NCBI RefSeq assembly: GCF_964204645.1
Contig: NC_134031.1
Coordinates: 5,270,001 to 5,334,000, forward strand
Length of the DNA stretch: 64,000 nt
Source of the DNA: Tubulanus polymorphus
Taxonomy: Eukaryota; Animalia; Nemertea
Direction of reading: 5' to 3'
The translations under genes were made by a program, and so were the position numbers. Under the pieces are notes generated by a model. It had not been told where the DNA came from, did not search any database, and saw only the letters and a list, made by a program, of their open reading frames with translations. This document shows positions 28,139 to 39,937 of this stretch, in pieces (the stretch's first letter is position 1; each line of letters opens with the position of its first letter).

Positions 28139-29489
28139 AAACACACACAGACAATCAACTCTTCTGTGTTCTCTGGGGTTTAAAATGTCTTTTTTTAACA
28201 TCAAATATTCTTTCTTGAAATAGATTTTATTTCACTTTATATTTGTGTTCTATTCCATGTATCTCTTTAGTCTAGTTAATCGAGTTCGGGGATGTTTTCG
28301 GGAGTGGATCCAGGTTTTTGGATAAGGGGGTGGTGGGCGGCATCGAGCGAAGAGATTTTGAAATACAGGATGCGCCGGGTATATGCGATTTCCAGGCACC
28401 TGAGGACAAAATCCCCACCTGGTGTCTTTTTCAAAACGCATATCAACGAAAATAAGGGGGGCTACGCCGCCGCTTCCGCCCCTTCCTTAAATCCGCCCCA
28501 AAGGTTTTTAGGTCGGTATCAAAAAGGCGCTTCTGTTCAGGATCCAGTTGAGTTCGAGGCCCAAGAATCAGCGACTGAAAAGGTACAGTATAAACTTAAG
28601 GCCACCTACAAATTGAAGCTCGTTTCGCATCATTTTCATTTTCCGCACGCGTCAATAAAAAGTTCGTCCGTAAAAAAACAAAAATCTATAGAAATCTGCA
28701 GAAATCTGCAACTTTATGTTACTGTGGCAGGTGAGCATTTCGATAACGAAGTGCTTTACATTCTGATTCAAGGTCGTTGATGCCTAGATTTCCCCATTTA
28801 AGAAATAATGATTAGTCGCCCTCGTCACTTTTGGCTTTTATTTCTCTCATGTTTTTTTTTAAAGGTGGTAAAAACAAAAACCTGCCTAGCACTTTTTCAA
28901 AAGGAATGATTAGAAAGAAGTGTAGTTTTGCGTGGCTTTACCGGTGCATCTTGCCTCGCCCTCGGTACCTGATGCCCTACTGAATGTGCATCCAGGCTCG
29001 TCTATACTGGTTACCGGTCTCTATCTTCCTTATTGACTGGGACAGGCAACAATTCTAAGGCTAGTCGGGCATGATTTCGCCCCGTGGCAGTCTCGTAATG
29101 CCACGGGTTAGAATCTCTACCGAAGCGTTGATCTAGAGACGTCTGTTAGACAAACTTCTAGACAATGGAACACGCTTAGTGCGGAAATGCTATTTTATTC
29201 TTCAATTCATCAACGCATTCTGATATATACATGTGTTTGGGATAAAAACACTGGTATCGTTGTACAAATAGGTTATTTAAACAATAAACAGATATCTGTA
29301 CGGCAGCATCATACGCATCTTTTTGTAGTTCACTGAAAAATAATCATCTAAATAGAAATTAATTATCTGCGTTGAAAAAACCCACACAGAAAAATAGCAT
29401 ATATTTAATCTTTTAAGTTTATATAGATGGTTTGAATTCACCGAAGAATTGTTCATGTATCCGATTGGAAATGAAATTTTCGAGCCTGT

Positions 29490-29925
29490 ACATGTTGCTC
29501 GATTTAAACAAAAAATTCTGTAAATTCGATCGCCGATCACACAGCCATATCTGTACGTCGATTTCCCGATTTCAACATCAAACCCCCTGTTTCACTCCCG
29601 GTTAGTGTGGTTGGTTCGTAAGGGGCAAAACGTTCAAAATAAATTCAAAAATAATCAACGACTCCAATAAATAAGAGGGGAAAACAATCCCTATTTCAAA
29701 AAAAACCTTTGAAACCCACTATTCAAATGAGATTATAATATAACATGATATTTCATATTCAAACTAATTTGTTTACATGCTGCATTACGCTGCGTATCAG
29801 CGTGGTTTACATGAAGATTTACAATGAATCAATGTGCTGTTTATATGGCCCTTGAGGAATTCCATAGTTTCCGGTAAAACAGTTCAGCCAGAAATTAATA
29901 GCATAATTTACTCTAATAAAATAGC
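29490..29925 (-). pseudogene. Relic of the orphan GPCR family (TM7 plus 3' flank)
   Basis: 29870-29910 encodes VNYAINFWLNCFTG (paralogues: VNYAINFWLYCFTG); 29498-29603 matches 48593-48695, the 3' flank of the 48790-49776 gene. Confidence 0.75.
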
Positions 29926-30449
29926 TATCTATTTTGAGAAACTGCAAAAATGGGAGATCCATAATCAGGGGCAGGTCCGGTGGCAGATTTTGACTGGAGC
30001 ACAAGACTTGAAAAAAGGAATACTGAAAAAGAGGCAAGCATCTAGAAAGAGCAAGCGTGCGAAGCCAAAATGGGGTTCTAGAAAAACAGTAACTTACAGC
30101 GTATATCAATGCAATTTCCAGGCGCAGACACTCAGGTGGCATTAGAGAGAATGTAAGCTTAGTACTGACTGCTGCTCTGTTAGTTATGTGTGAAAAATTG
30201 CCCTGAAAAAATAGATGGCCTTTGTTTTTCAAAAGGGTACGGTAATATAGCGACGGGAGCACGTGCCGCTGGTGCCCCGCTCTGGATCCGCCACTGATAA
30301 TCCTGCAACCTACCGATGCGAAAGATAGGTTACATCTAAACAAATATCGCAAGACGTATATTCACAGATAGTAAAGAGACATTATAACTAAAATGATGAT
30401 TTTGGTCACGCCTTTTTATTTCATATTCAATACATATTCATGGAATGTA

Positions 30450-30766
30450 TTAGTTATGGCAGCATTTGCCGATACCCCAGCTGCAGCAGTTGCTGCTTGG
30501 TCCACCGATCAGCCAGTAGGTTCCCTCACCCAAACCGAATCTTCCTGGGCAGAAACATGGTACACCTCTTCTGGCAACATGTACTTCATCTGTAATTTAA
30601 AAATATCACGTCAACAAATATTTAAAAAAAAACTGTACAAGAATTTTGTGCATAAAGAAGAAACCATTTTAATTTACGAAAATTTAATGCAAAGATTACC
30701 TTCTGCCGTGGCGGCTCCGACGACCATGAAAATGGCCAAAGCAACGATCAAAGTTTTGGTAAACAT
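30450..30766 (-). CDS. Secreted cysteine-rich prepropeptide 1, anemone neurotoxin/beta-defensin-like (68 aa)
   Basis: complement(join(30450..30589,30700..30766)): MFTKTLIVALAIFMVVGAATAE-DEVHVARR-GVPCFCPGRFGLGEGTYWLIGGPSSNCCSWGIGKCCHN*. Canonical GT-AG phase-1 intron; non-coding first exon ending at 30850 (CAG|GTAAGC); AATAAA on the minus strand at ~30415-30420. Confidence 0.9.
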
Positions 30767-32521
30767 TCTGAAAAAAAAAATGTTCATAGTAAAATCTTTT
30801 GCTGATTGAGCGTTTGTTTTAAGTACGTTTTTTACGGAAAAGTGCTTACCTGGTTGTTATTGGTGTCTGTGTTTAGATGAACAGTAAATTTCAGTAACAG
30901 ATATCCTGCATTTATTGTCTCAAATAAGCGCCAGCCGGGTGGGATTAGTCAACCGAGAGATTAAATGCCACTTGAATTATTCGAAAATTAGTCCGTAACA
31001 TGTGTTAAAATAAGTTTTCAAAAACTTGGTTGGATTTTTTGTGTACGTGCCGCCTGGATGGTTCAAGTTTTTGAATATCATTTTACGATAAAAAAATTAT
31101 TTATGATTTTAAATCGTAACATGTGTTAATAAAATAAGTATTCAAAAACTTAATTGGATTTTTTTCATGTGTTTTTGCAAAAGAATGATTCCTGACTCAT
31201 TGATTACATTATGACTTGTATAGGTGTATAGGTTTTACTCATTGGAACATTAAATATCATTCTCATCCTTCGTCCGGAATGCGGTACTATATACGATCCC
31301 AACGCTCTCCAGAACTTGGCTTGGTACTCTCGTTCTAGCACAGGGGAGTGTAAGCTTACATTTCCATGGTTTTGGAGTCGTAAATTGAAGCCTCTCCTTA
31401 TAAAATTGCACCCTGGGTTGGGAAGGTGAATATGTGAACGCGCTGAGATAGGAAGTGTTCCAGACGTTTAATTATTCATATCTAATCAAACCTTTTAGAA
31501 ATGAAATTCGATGGTCCTATAATCAAAATTCTAGACTCGTTTCATTCTCTTCACATCGGCTAGGATCCTGGATTGATTTTGATTCGATTTTTAGTTGATA
31601 AATATAGGTGCTTATACACGGATTCCGACTCTAATGAATTTATGGATCAATTATTAATCAGTGTTTTTTTCACTATTATATCAAAAATTATGTTACGGGT
31701 TAAAAGGTTACGGGTTGTTGGGTGTTTGTCTAGATTTATAGGGTATTAGTTTAGCTTGTTTCAAGAAAGTAGAAATTGCATTCTAAGAGTATATGATTTT
31801 CATCAAAACATCCTGTATATCATTAGTTACATAGTGTTCCACGACAGGATTTCGGCAATAGGATGAAATTTGGTTTAATTTCACGAAATGTCATGGCTTT
31901 GGAAGAGGTAAAGCAGTCCGAGTGCCATTCGTGAATAAATCGATCAGTTTACCTGTAGTTTAAAGAATTCGTACAGAAATTGAATATTTGGGTAATTTTG
32001 GTGTAGCCGAGCATCGGACATTCCACATTTTGCGCGAATACATACTTTCTTATACATGATATCCATTTAAAATCGTATTCTACGTCGTTTCGGTTCCCAG
32101 TTAAGAGATCCAATAAGATATGCACTGCGCCTTAAAATGGTATTAAATATTTACAAAACGTGAAGGTGAACCGTTTCTGAAAAATTCAGGTTTTGATATC
32201 GATCCCTATATTTCACATATTGTGTTGTGTCCTTCTTTTTTAAGTGCTTTTGTGTAACTGTAGCCCTAACCCTGAATGCGCCCCTGTCCGTATCATTTAA
32301 ATACCTTGCCTACGTGAAGCTATGGAGAATATAAGATTCATTCTATTTCACGCGCCATATGGAATCTGATTTTTCGGGAAAGTGATTTAAAAATACCTAA
32401 ATTTGAATAATCAGGATAGCCATTTATGAACTGCTCTATGATATACGGTTGTGTGTGATTTCGTTCTATATAACCATATATGCTAATGAAGGCATCAGAA
32501 CGCCTAATTATGTTTTTTGGT

Positions 32522-32824
32522 CATAGAACTATAAGCGAACGGGAAGGCCAACTCCTCAAAAATCCGCTAGGCACCGCTAGTAATCTCGTGTTTTTGTTCA
32601 GCGCCCTCACCGGTAGCGTTTTTCATTGATTTGTTTAATTCTTAATACCAAATCTTGAAAAACGGTAATGTTCAATGCTCGCAGTGATTAATATAATCGA
32701 AAATATTTCCGAGAACCTATTGTTTGTCGCCACCGGTGAGGGAGCTGATCAATTTCGAAGATAGCAAAGGCAAATGTATAGTGACGTCACGGAGTTGGCC
32801 TTCCCTTTCGCTTATAGTTCTATG
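32522..32824. mobile_element. MITE between the two toxin-like genes
   Basis: About 34-bp TIRs catagaactataagcgaacgggaaggccaactcc ... ggagttggccttccctttcgcttatagttctatg. Confidence 0.8.
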
Positions 32825-33545
32825 TTTTGGTGCACCATTTTAGAAAATTCGATGTTTTTATTGTTTTGATGTTCCCAGCACTCTCATTTGCATATCAGAA
32901 ATTTTACGTTATTGCCTTGTTACAGCTACCGTATGATTCTTTTCTGGGTTTGGCTTTTTTATACATTAGTTGCTTCTTATATATATTGCTGATTTCCTCG
33001 AAAGCTTTCGTGCCGATTCATTAGCTGTATTTATCTCATGGAATAAAAAATGACGATGATGAAAATCATTCAGACGAGGTTCTTCCCGAGAATCGGGGCA
33101 AGTCGCGCCCGGGAAGAAGACCTGAGTTTTTCGAGGCGGCTCAAGAAAGGAGGAAATTTTGAATTGTAAAAATAATTTCGGGAACCCAAATAGCGGAACT
33201 CTCGGATTTATTTCTTGTTTTTGGAATCCTTTGGTTATACGTACCGTGACTGGAAATCTTCCACTGATCTTTCATTTTGTTTTGGAGTCTCGAAGGAATC
33301 TAAACCTTGATTTGAAAACGTCCATTAACTCAGCAGTTGTTGCGCCCATGGAATATATTCCTTTATTTGTTTTTCATCTTGCATAAAAGTTAGATAAATA
33401 TGAGCGATACAAAATTCCAAGCTGTGGCCTAGGTGTTTATCATAGTAATATTGAAAATACATAGAAATATCAACATTGAAAATGTAAAGCTTTCGCTTTT
33501 ATGCATACATCAAAAGTATTATCTGCAAAGCCGATTACACGCCGC

Positions 33546-33615
33546 TATAAAAGAACTGATTTCTATCAGTTTTTTTTTGTGATTGAATCGTCTCTACACA
33601 AGTCTACTCATTCAG
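33546..33615 (+). promoter_or_regulatory. TATA box, initiator and non-coding exon 1 of peptide gene 2
   Basis: TATAAAA at 33546, TCAGTT Inr-like motif at 33566, CAG|GTAAC donor at 33615/33616; same gene layout as peptide gene 1. Confidence 0.6.
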
Positions 33616-33729
33616 GTAACGTTCACAATAATTTATATTCATTCGCATTTTGTCTCAGTTAGATATTTTAATTTAGACGTCTCATCCAACAGCATTTGAA
33701 ATTAGCTTGTTTAATACACAATTTTCAGA

Positions 33730-34164
33730 ATGTTTACCAAAACTCTTTTCGTTGCCTTGGCCGTTTTCATGGTCATTGGAGCCATTGCTGCTCAGGGTAA
33801 ATATCGCTTTATCTATGTATCTACAAACTTTCTATTGCGAGGTTCTAGACTATCAATGTAGTATAATTTCGACAAAAATCATTTTGAGGTCTTACGGTTC
33901 GATCTATTAATACACCTAACAATTACTCATGTAGCAAGATATCTCGAAAAAAAGATTACTAAAAATTACGTACAAGATCTGATTTGATTTGCTTACTCTA
34001 TCTGGTATATTTATGTATGCATTATAGAAGTCGAGGTTGAAAAGAGAGGAATTCCGTGTACTTGTAAGGTCAACGGCAAACGAGGAACCTGGTGGTTGAT
34101 CGGAGGACCCGATCACAACTGCTGCAGTGGTAGCGGACTTGCTATTGGTAGATGTTGTTGGTAA
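33730..34164 (+). CDS. Secreted cysteine-rich prepropeptide 2, anemone neurotoxin/beta-defensin-like (67 aa)
   Basis: join(33730..33796,34028..34164): MFTKTLFVALAVFMVIGAIAAQ-EVEVEKR-GIPCTCKVNGKRGTWWLIGGPDHNCCSGSGLAIGRCCW*. Same intron position and phase as paralogue 1; AATAAA at ~34214. Confidence 0.92.
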
Positions 34165-35447
34165 TCATCTTATGCCAATGTTCAGAAAAGAAATGTTTGT
34201 TACGTAGAAAGCGAATAAAATGAATAATGAAAATGAAAATAATATATACATGATTTGGATCTTCTCTGTCTGATTCGAAATATCTCTCCTCTTGAAAGTG
34301 GATTGACGCTGGTCGAGGTTGGCTCTACAAAATTACGCGTGTGACCACGAGTCGTCATATTCTGTCTTAAATACTATCAACCTATCATAAATCATTCTCA
34401 CAAAAAGTTATCAACTTCCCTATCGTAAATCAACACACGAAAGGACGGTTCTCGATAAATTGATACACTCTTAGAACAAAGGGTTCTTCAGGGGGTCTTC
34501 GAAGAACCTTTGGGTTCTTGGTGAGGCTTTAAGCTTCTTCAGCAATATGGAATGCTGATTGGGGTTCTTCGAGACATTAGGGTTCTTGACGACAAGAACC
34601 CTTAAGTGGTTACAATTGTCAATTAAGAATTTAATAGACCTGCAACAGAGAGTGATTAGTACAGCTGATGAATATAGCCGGTTTTTTATGTGGTGTAGGT
34701 CGTATACAAAACATTTTGACTGGAAATTAGAATTGGGTTAACTTTGAAAACAATTAACTATGTATCATATATCACAATATTCTAAAATTGGTGACCGCGC
34801 GATAACGATACATTTTTAGAATTAATGAACCTTTATTTTAATTCGTCCTTTAAAATTCGAAATGTTGTACGTTTAAAATGTGTGGTGAACCCATTTGACT
34901 TGTGATAATAATATGTAGAGAGACTGAATAACTTGATTTGCTAGTCTGAGACATCGACTAGGTTTTATGGTGAGACGACAGAAACATTTAATGCTTTAAA
35001 AAACAATGAAACTGTTCCAAACTCTAAATTTAACAACAACCCAACACTAGTTACAGTTCATCCAATTAAATGATAATCACAGTGGATTTTTCATGAAATT
35101 GATTCTTTTCGTTGCTGCTGTAATTAATTCTGAAAAAGACGGTTTGCATTTTCACCTCAGGTAATATCTATTTCCGACCGAAATTATTTTTTCCCGTAAT
35201 AAGCTCATAAAAACGAATATTTCGCCAGGTAGAGATTAGTGGTTTTGCGTTTATAATATCTTATCAAGATCAGAAGCTGCAGGTCGACAATATTCAGTAA
35301 TTGAAAAAAAAACAATCTACAACCAGGAAGCTTTATTAGAATTGATATTTCATACGTATGATATATGTCATCGTACATTCTTAATTGGGTCATTGTTCGC
35401 GGTATTCTGGTCGTCTGTTCGATGCGATCATTGGCAGACTGAAGAAA

Positions 35448-38295
35448 ATGGCCGCGTCTAAACTTCTAATTCTCGTGGTTGCGATACTACTGTACCGCTG
35501 TGGTGCCATATCAGAAATTATTGATGAAATCGAAAGAACGCCGTGGAGTTCAGAAGGTGATTTACTGGATTTTCAGAAATACCGGTCACTCGGCGGTAGT
35601 ATGATGCTGTATTCTGGAATAGTCGGCGATAAGCGGCGTCCAAACCGACACGACGGTATCCTCAGCAGACGCTTTTACTACGGTTGCCCGTCAGTGTGTC
35701 GCTGTTATAACAAATATGGGTGAGTTGAAATTCATTTTAATTTGTATCAATTCTGGTGCAAATCCGTCTCTGAGACTGGAATGTGGGATCCAAAAGAATC
35801 AAAAGTTAAAATAAAATAATAATAAAAGTAAAGCCTCCTTGATAGATAGATGCATTCTCCAGAGAGGATACCTGACAAATTTGCAGATATTGGCTATTAC
35901 TGTCTGGACACACACTGCTATGGCAAATGCAGTTGGATTAGAGAATGGATTTGATGACTTAAAATGATTCTATTATTCGCAACATTTGGCCTTGAACATA
36001 TTTTTCAGGTTTGGTATCGCTAACTGCAGGCATAAAGGACTCACGAAGTTCCCCCGAATAAAGAATAACATAAATATTCTTTACTTATCGAAGAATAGGA
36101 TAAAGAGTATAAAACCGTTCCGTCGATTACCGAGATTATTAGGGCTTAAATTACGCAAAAACGCATTGAGTTCACTGGTGGGACGCAAGTCACTTCATTA
36201 TCTGCCGAATCTGTCACATCTCGATGTGTCGTGTAATCCAGTACGGTTTATTGACAAACAGGTCCTCGTGAAGAATGAGTATCTGAAATGGTTTGCTTAC
36301 AATTTTTTTCTGTTATCCAAGCAAACATCACTTGTCAGAGGGGTGTGTCAGCGAAAGCACTCTGTCGAAGATATTCATAACTTATTTTATTCATTGCAAA
36401 ATTGCGCTTTTTTAGAAGTACTTTTATTACGGGCTGCGTGGCCGTTAGATCCAATTCCCTTGACTAAATCAATACTAAACTATTTACCTGTGCAGAATTT
36501 GAGGATTTTAGGTCTGATGTATAATCGAATACCCGAAATAGATAATGGCTTTTTTCATGGGTTCAAAAGTTTAGAAATCCTGGGGATGAACTATTGCGAA
36601 ACGAATTTTAAAATGTATCAATTCGAAGGACTCGTTAATCTTCGCAGAATAAATTTGGCGCAGAACAACATCCGTAATTTGAATCTCACAGAATTCACGA
36701 CTTCCTACCAAAAACTCATAGAATTCAATGCTGTTAATTCACCAGGATTAACTTGCTTCGATAGTCGCACATCATTTGCTATAAACAACAGACTGACAGG
36801 ATTAAGAATTTCATGTAGTGTTACTAGGCGGTTTTCTGCTGAATCGCCGTGTAACGGTCCACGTGGTTTTGTTGACAGAAATTTCTTTTTGAGAAAGGAC
36901 ATAACGAACCTGAGGAAGTTGCGCTACTTAATGTTTGAAATAACAAGTTCTTTCGTTTTCTTATGCCTGAAGTCGTTCGATCTGTTACCCGAATCGATGC
37001 ATTATATAGGAATAGACAATCTTGCAGGACCGTTTAATTACTATTTAAACAAACTATTGCTTCATAACGCGTGTGAAAGCCTCATGTGGATTAGGACGTT
37101 TTATAAACTAACTTGGCTGCGCCTTACTGGGACAATCATTGGCAGCTGTCCTAGTCGTGTACTCCATCATATCCTAAGTAGAGTTCCTTCACTAGAAACA
37201 CTCGATCTCTCCAGTAATGGAATTACACATTTTGATAGCAACACGTTTGAAGCGACCCCTAGATTAAAGTTCTTGAGGTTAAAGTATAACAGACTGTCAA
37301 TGATTCAAGCTGGTCTGTTAAAACCACTGATAAACCTACGCGTTTTAAACTTAGCATCGAATCAACTGAAAACGTTCGATCCTACTGAAATCATGAATCT
37401 AAAACATTTTAGATCCATTTTTCTTCTCGATAATACATTTGAATGTGATTGTCAACTGAGGAAGTTGCGGAATTGGCTTATAGAGTTGAGTAGTCATAGA
37501 ACAAAGAAGCATTATTATCACGATTTTCAGGCGGAGGTCACTCGAAATCTAACTACGTTCAAACTTGTATGTACTTCGCCGAAAAAACTATCCGGAGTTC
37601 CTATCGCAGACTTTCATTTACATTGGATAGAATGTGACAACCACAAAGATATAGTCATTTCTCTTTCGACTATATGCGTCACTGTTATTATTATGGCTAT
37701 TGGGCGAATTGTCGCCAAAAAGCGATGGTCAATTTACTATTGGTGGATGGTAAAAATCAATCGATTTCTACCGAAACTATTACGTATAGCAACGGTAAGC
37801 CGTTCTGATGATTTGAAATTTGACGGATTTCTAAGTCATAGCATGGATGACCTTCAATTTGTCTATTTGGATTTCATACCCGAAATAGAAAAATCCAAAG
37901 ATTTCGCTTCAAAGTTTTGCATCGAGTTTCGAGACTTTACAATCGGTGGCTACATACAACAAAACAATATCGACGCTATTTACGGGTCTCGGTGGGTCGT
38001 GTTTTTGTTGACCGAATCATTCGTCGAGGAAAGATGGACGGAGTTTGTGATAAGCATGGCGGCAAACCGGTGCGTCGAGGAGGGCAATAACATCATACTC
38101 GTGCTTGATATCGATCATATACCCGAATCTCGCATGCCCGAATCCTTGCGGACGATCATTTCAAATATCGTTTACATGAAATACCCGCGAGACGATAAAG
38201 CCCGTTCTACGTTTTGGAAAAAAGTTCGCCTTACCCTGATCGGTAAACAGAGAAAATTCATACAGCCAGCTAATATGTACCGATCTAACCGCTAA
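35448..38295 (+). CDS. Toll-like receptor (signal peptide, LRRNT, LRRs, LRRCT, TM, TIR), about 852 aa
   Basis: join(35448..35719,36009..38295); splicing rebuilds the LRRNT CPSVCRCYNKYGFGIANCRHKGLTKFP. LRRs such as LETLDLSSNGI and LRVLNLASNQL; LRRCT NTFECDCQL...CTSP; TM IVISLSTICVTVIIMAI; TIR FDGFLSHS...CIEFRDF...FWKKVRLTL. Confidence 0.95.
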
Positions 38296-38849
38296 TCTAT
38301 CAAAACTACTCGCCTGATATACCCAGTATGGACCCCTATTTCATTTGTGATCTTAAAATAGGGAGGACCCCCTATCTCAACGTGCGCACATAGCGGTAAA
38401 TTCCCATCCCCTCAGACCTTTGCCTCCTTAACAAAAAAACTGATTTTCAACGCACCAGGATTTTTTAGGCAACACTTAAGCCAGACATCACAGACAAATA
38501 CATATTTTATGATCATGCGTTGGAAATCAGATTGTCCACTTTTCATTAGAAATAAATTAATTTTGAAACACTGTGTCAAATCTAATTCACGATATAACAT
38601 ATATAACTCTGTATAAAACACGGTCCAGATTGATACCCATTTGAAGAAATATGATCTGTTCAAAATAATCATTTGTTATTTATCGCGTTAACCATACAAA
38701 CCCACCAGTCATTTCTGTCACGCGCACAAAACAGTTGCTTTAAAGATTATTATTGTTATACATTCATTTTGCATGTTTGATGTATTCAATTTTTTAAATT
38801 CAAAATATTTTATCTTGTAAATATGATCCATAATGAGTTGATTATTAGT

Positions 38850-39330
38850 GTAGTTCAGGTATTTTTAATTATTTGTCAAATATCTGATTTCGGCATTAAT
38901 TACTCCAGTATAAACTAGTAGGTCCACTCTTGAAGTGCTTGTTTATATAGATAATGTATTTAGTTATGTAAGCCAAGGAATATTTGATTTGTCATTTTGT
39001 TCACGAATATTCGAGTAAAAATAAATCAACAAATTTTGCCGTAGTTAAAATGAATGTTTGTGCATAAATTTTGTGTGTTAGATTCAGGTACTTTAATTCA
39101 AAATGATAATTTGTAAATGTGACATAAAGGTGAATTATGAGTGAGATATGTTTATTCAAAGTGATATCATATTGTTAATTATAACTATCCGGGTATAAAC
39201 TAGGTCCGCTCTTAAACTGTTTTGTATATGAATAATGGATCAATTCACGTTAGCCAAGAATTACAGTTGATTTGTCATTTTGTTCGAGTAAAAATAAATT
39301 CAATCTTGAAATGAATGTTTTTGCAGTTTG
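38850..39330. repeat. Diverged local tandem duplication (~230-250 bp x2) downstream of the TLR
   Basis: ttcaggta..., gtataaactag(ta)ggtcc(a/g)ctctt..., agccaag...gatttgtcattttgttc...gagtaaaaataaat...aaatgaatgttt each occur twice in the same order. Confidence 0.65.
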
Positions 39331-39669
39331 ATTTTGGTGTAGACATATCGAGTATATGTCTCTGAGATTCTCAGTATATTTCAGATATTGTCGAAGAGTT
39401 TGTAAATTCTTTATAAAAGTTTATTAATATGGTATGGACCCCTGACCTGGTAGAAAGTTCTCTCGCTCAGGGATGCGAACGTGATAACATCGTGAGACTG
39501 GCGGATCTATAGACTAGAGGGTATTGGGAAGCGACTTTGTTTAGAATGTTGGGATGGTGGTCTCCTCGCGCGGTACATCGTGGTCCTCTTAAAAATCCAT
39601 GAACTCAGAATTTTTCTTTTTTTGTGTAAAATCGTTTCGCTTAAGTTTTTTTTCAAATTAGGCGGCAAA

Positions 39670-39937
39670 ATGGCCACCTCATGATCGTGGCCTTATGTAG
39701 TTGAAATAAGCAACCGGTTTGAATACGGTTTGAAATAGAAAGAACGCAGTGGAGTTCCGAAAGTAACTTACTGGATTATGAGAAATACCAGTCACTCGAC
39801 GGTAGTCTGATGCTGCATTCTGGAATAGTCGGCGATAAGCGGCGTCCAAACCGACACGACGGTATCCTCAGCAGACGCTTTTACTACGGTTGCCCGTCAG
39901 TGTGTCGCTGTTATTATAAACGTTATGGTTTGAAATG
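39670..39937 (+). pseudogene. Orphan, disrupted copy of TLR exon 1
   Basis: About 95 bp (attctggaatagtcggc...tgtcgctgttat) are identical to ~35611-35708; the signal-peptide part is broken (ATGGCCACCTCATGA); ends with a GTAAGT donor but no LRR exon follows. Confidence 0.85.

Noticed and set aside
28292-28780. 162-aa ORF
   Set aside because: Overlaps a GC-rich interspersed repeat (ggatccagg...aaatccgcccc type ends, similar to ~19740-20040 and ~29965-30295); no protein features.
29819-30352. 177-aa minus-strand ORF as an intact gene
   Set aside because: Only about 14 residues match GPCR TM7; the rest runs through repeat-like sequence. Treated as a pseudogene relic.
30393-30809. 138-aa plus-strand ORF
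   Set aside because: Antisense shadow of the spliced minus-strand toxin-like gene.
35986-36008. Start of the TLR at the ORF-track TTG (MALNIFFR)
   Set aside because: This is intron sequence ending in the tttttcag acceptor; the signal peptide and first half of the LRRNT are in the exon at 35448-35719.
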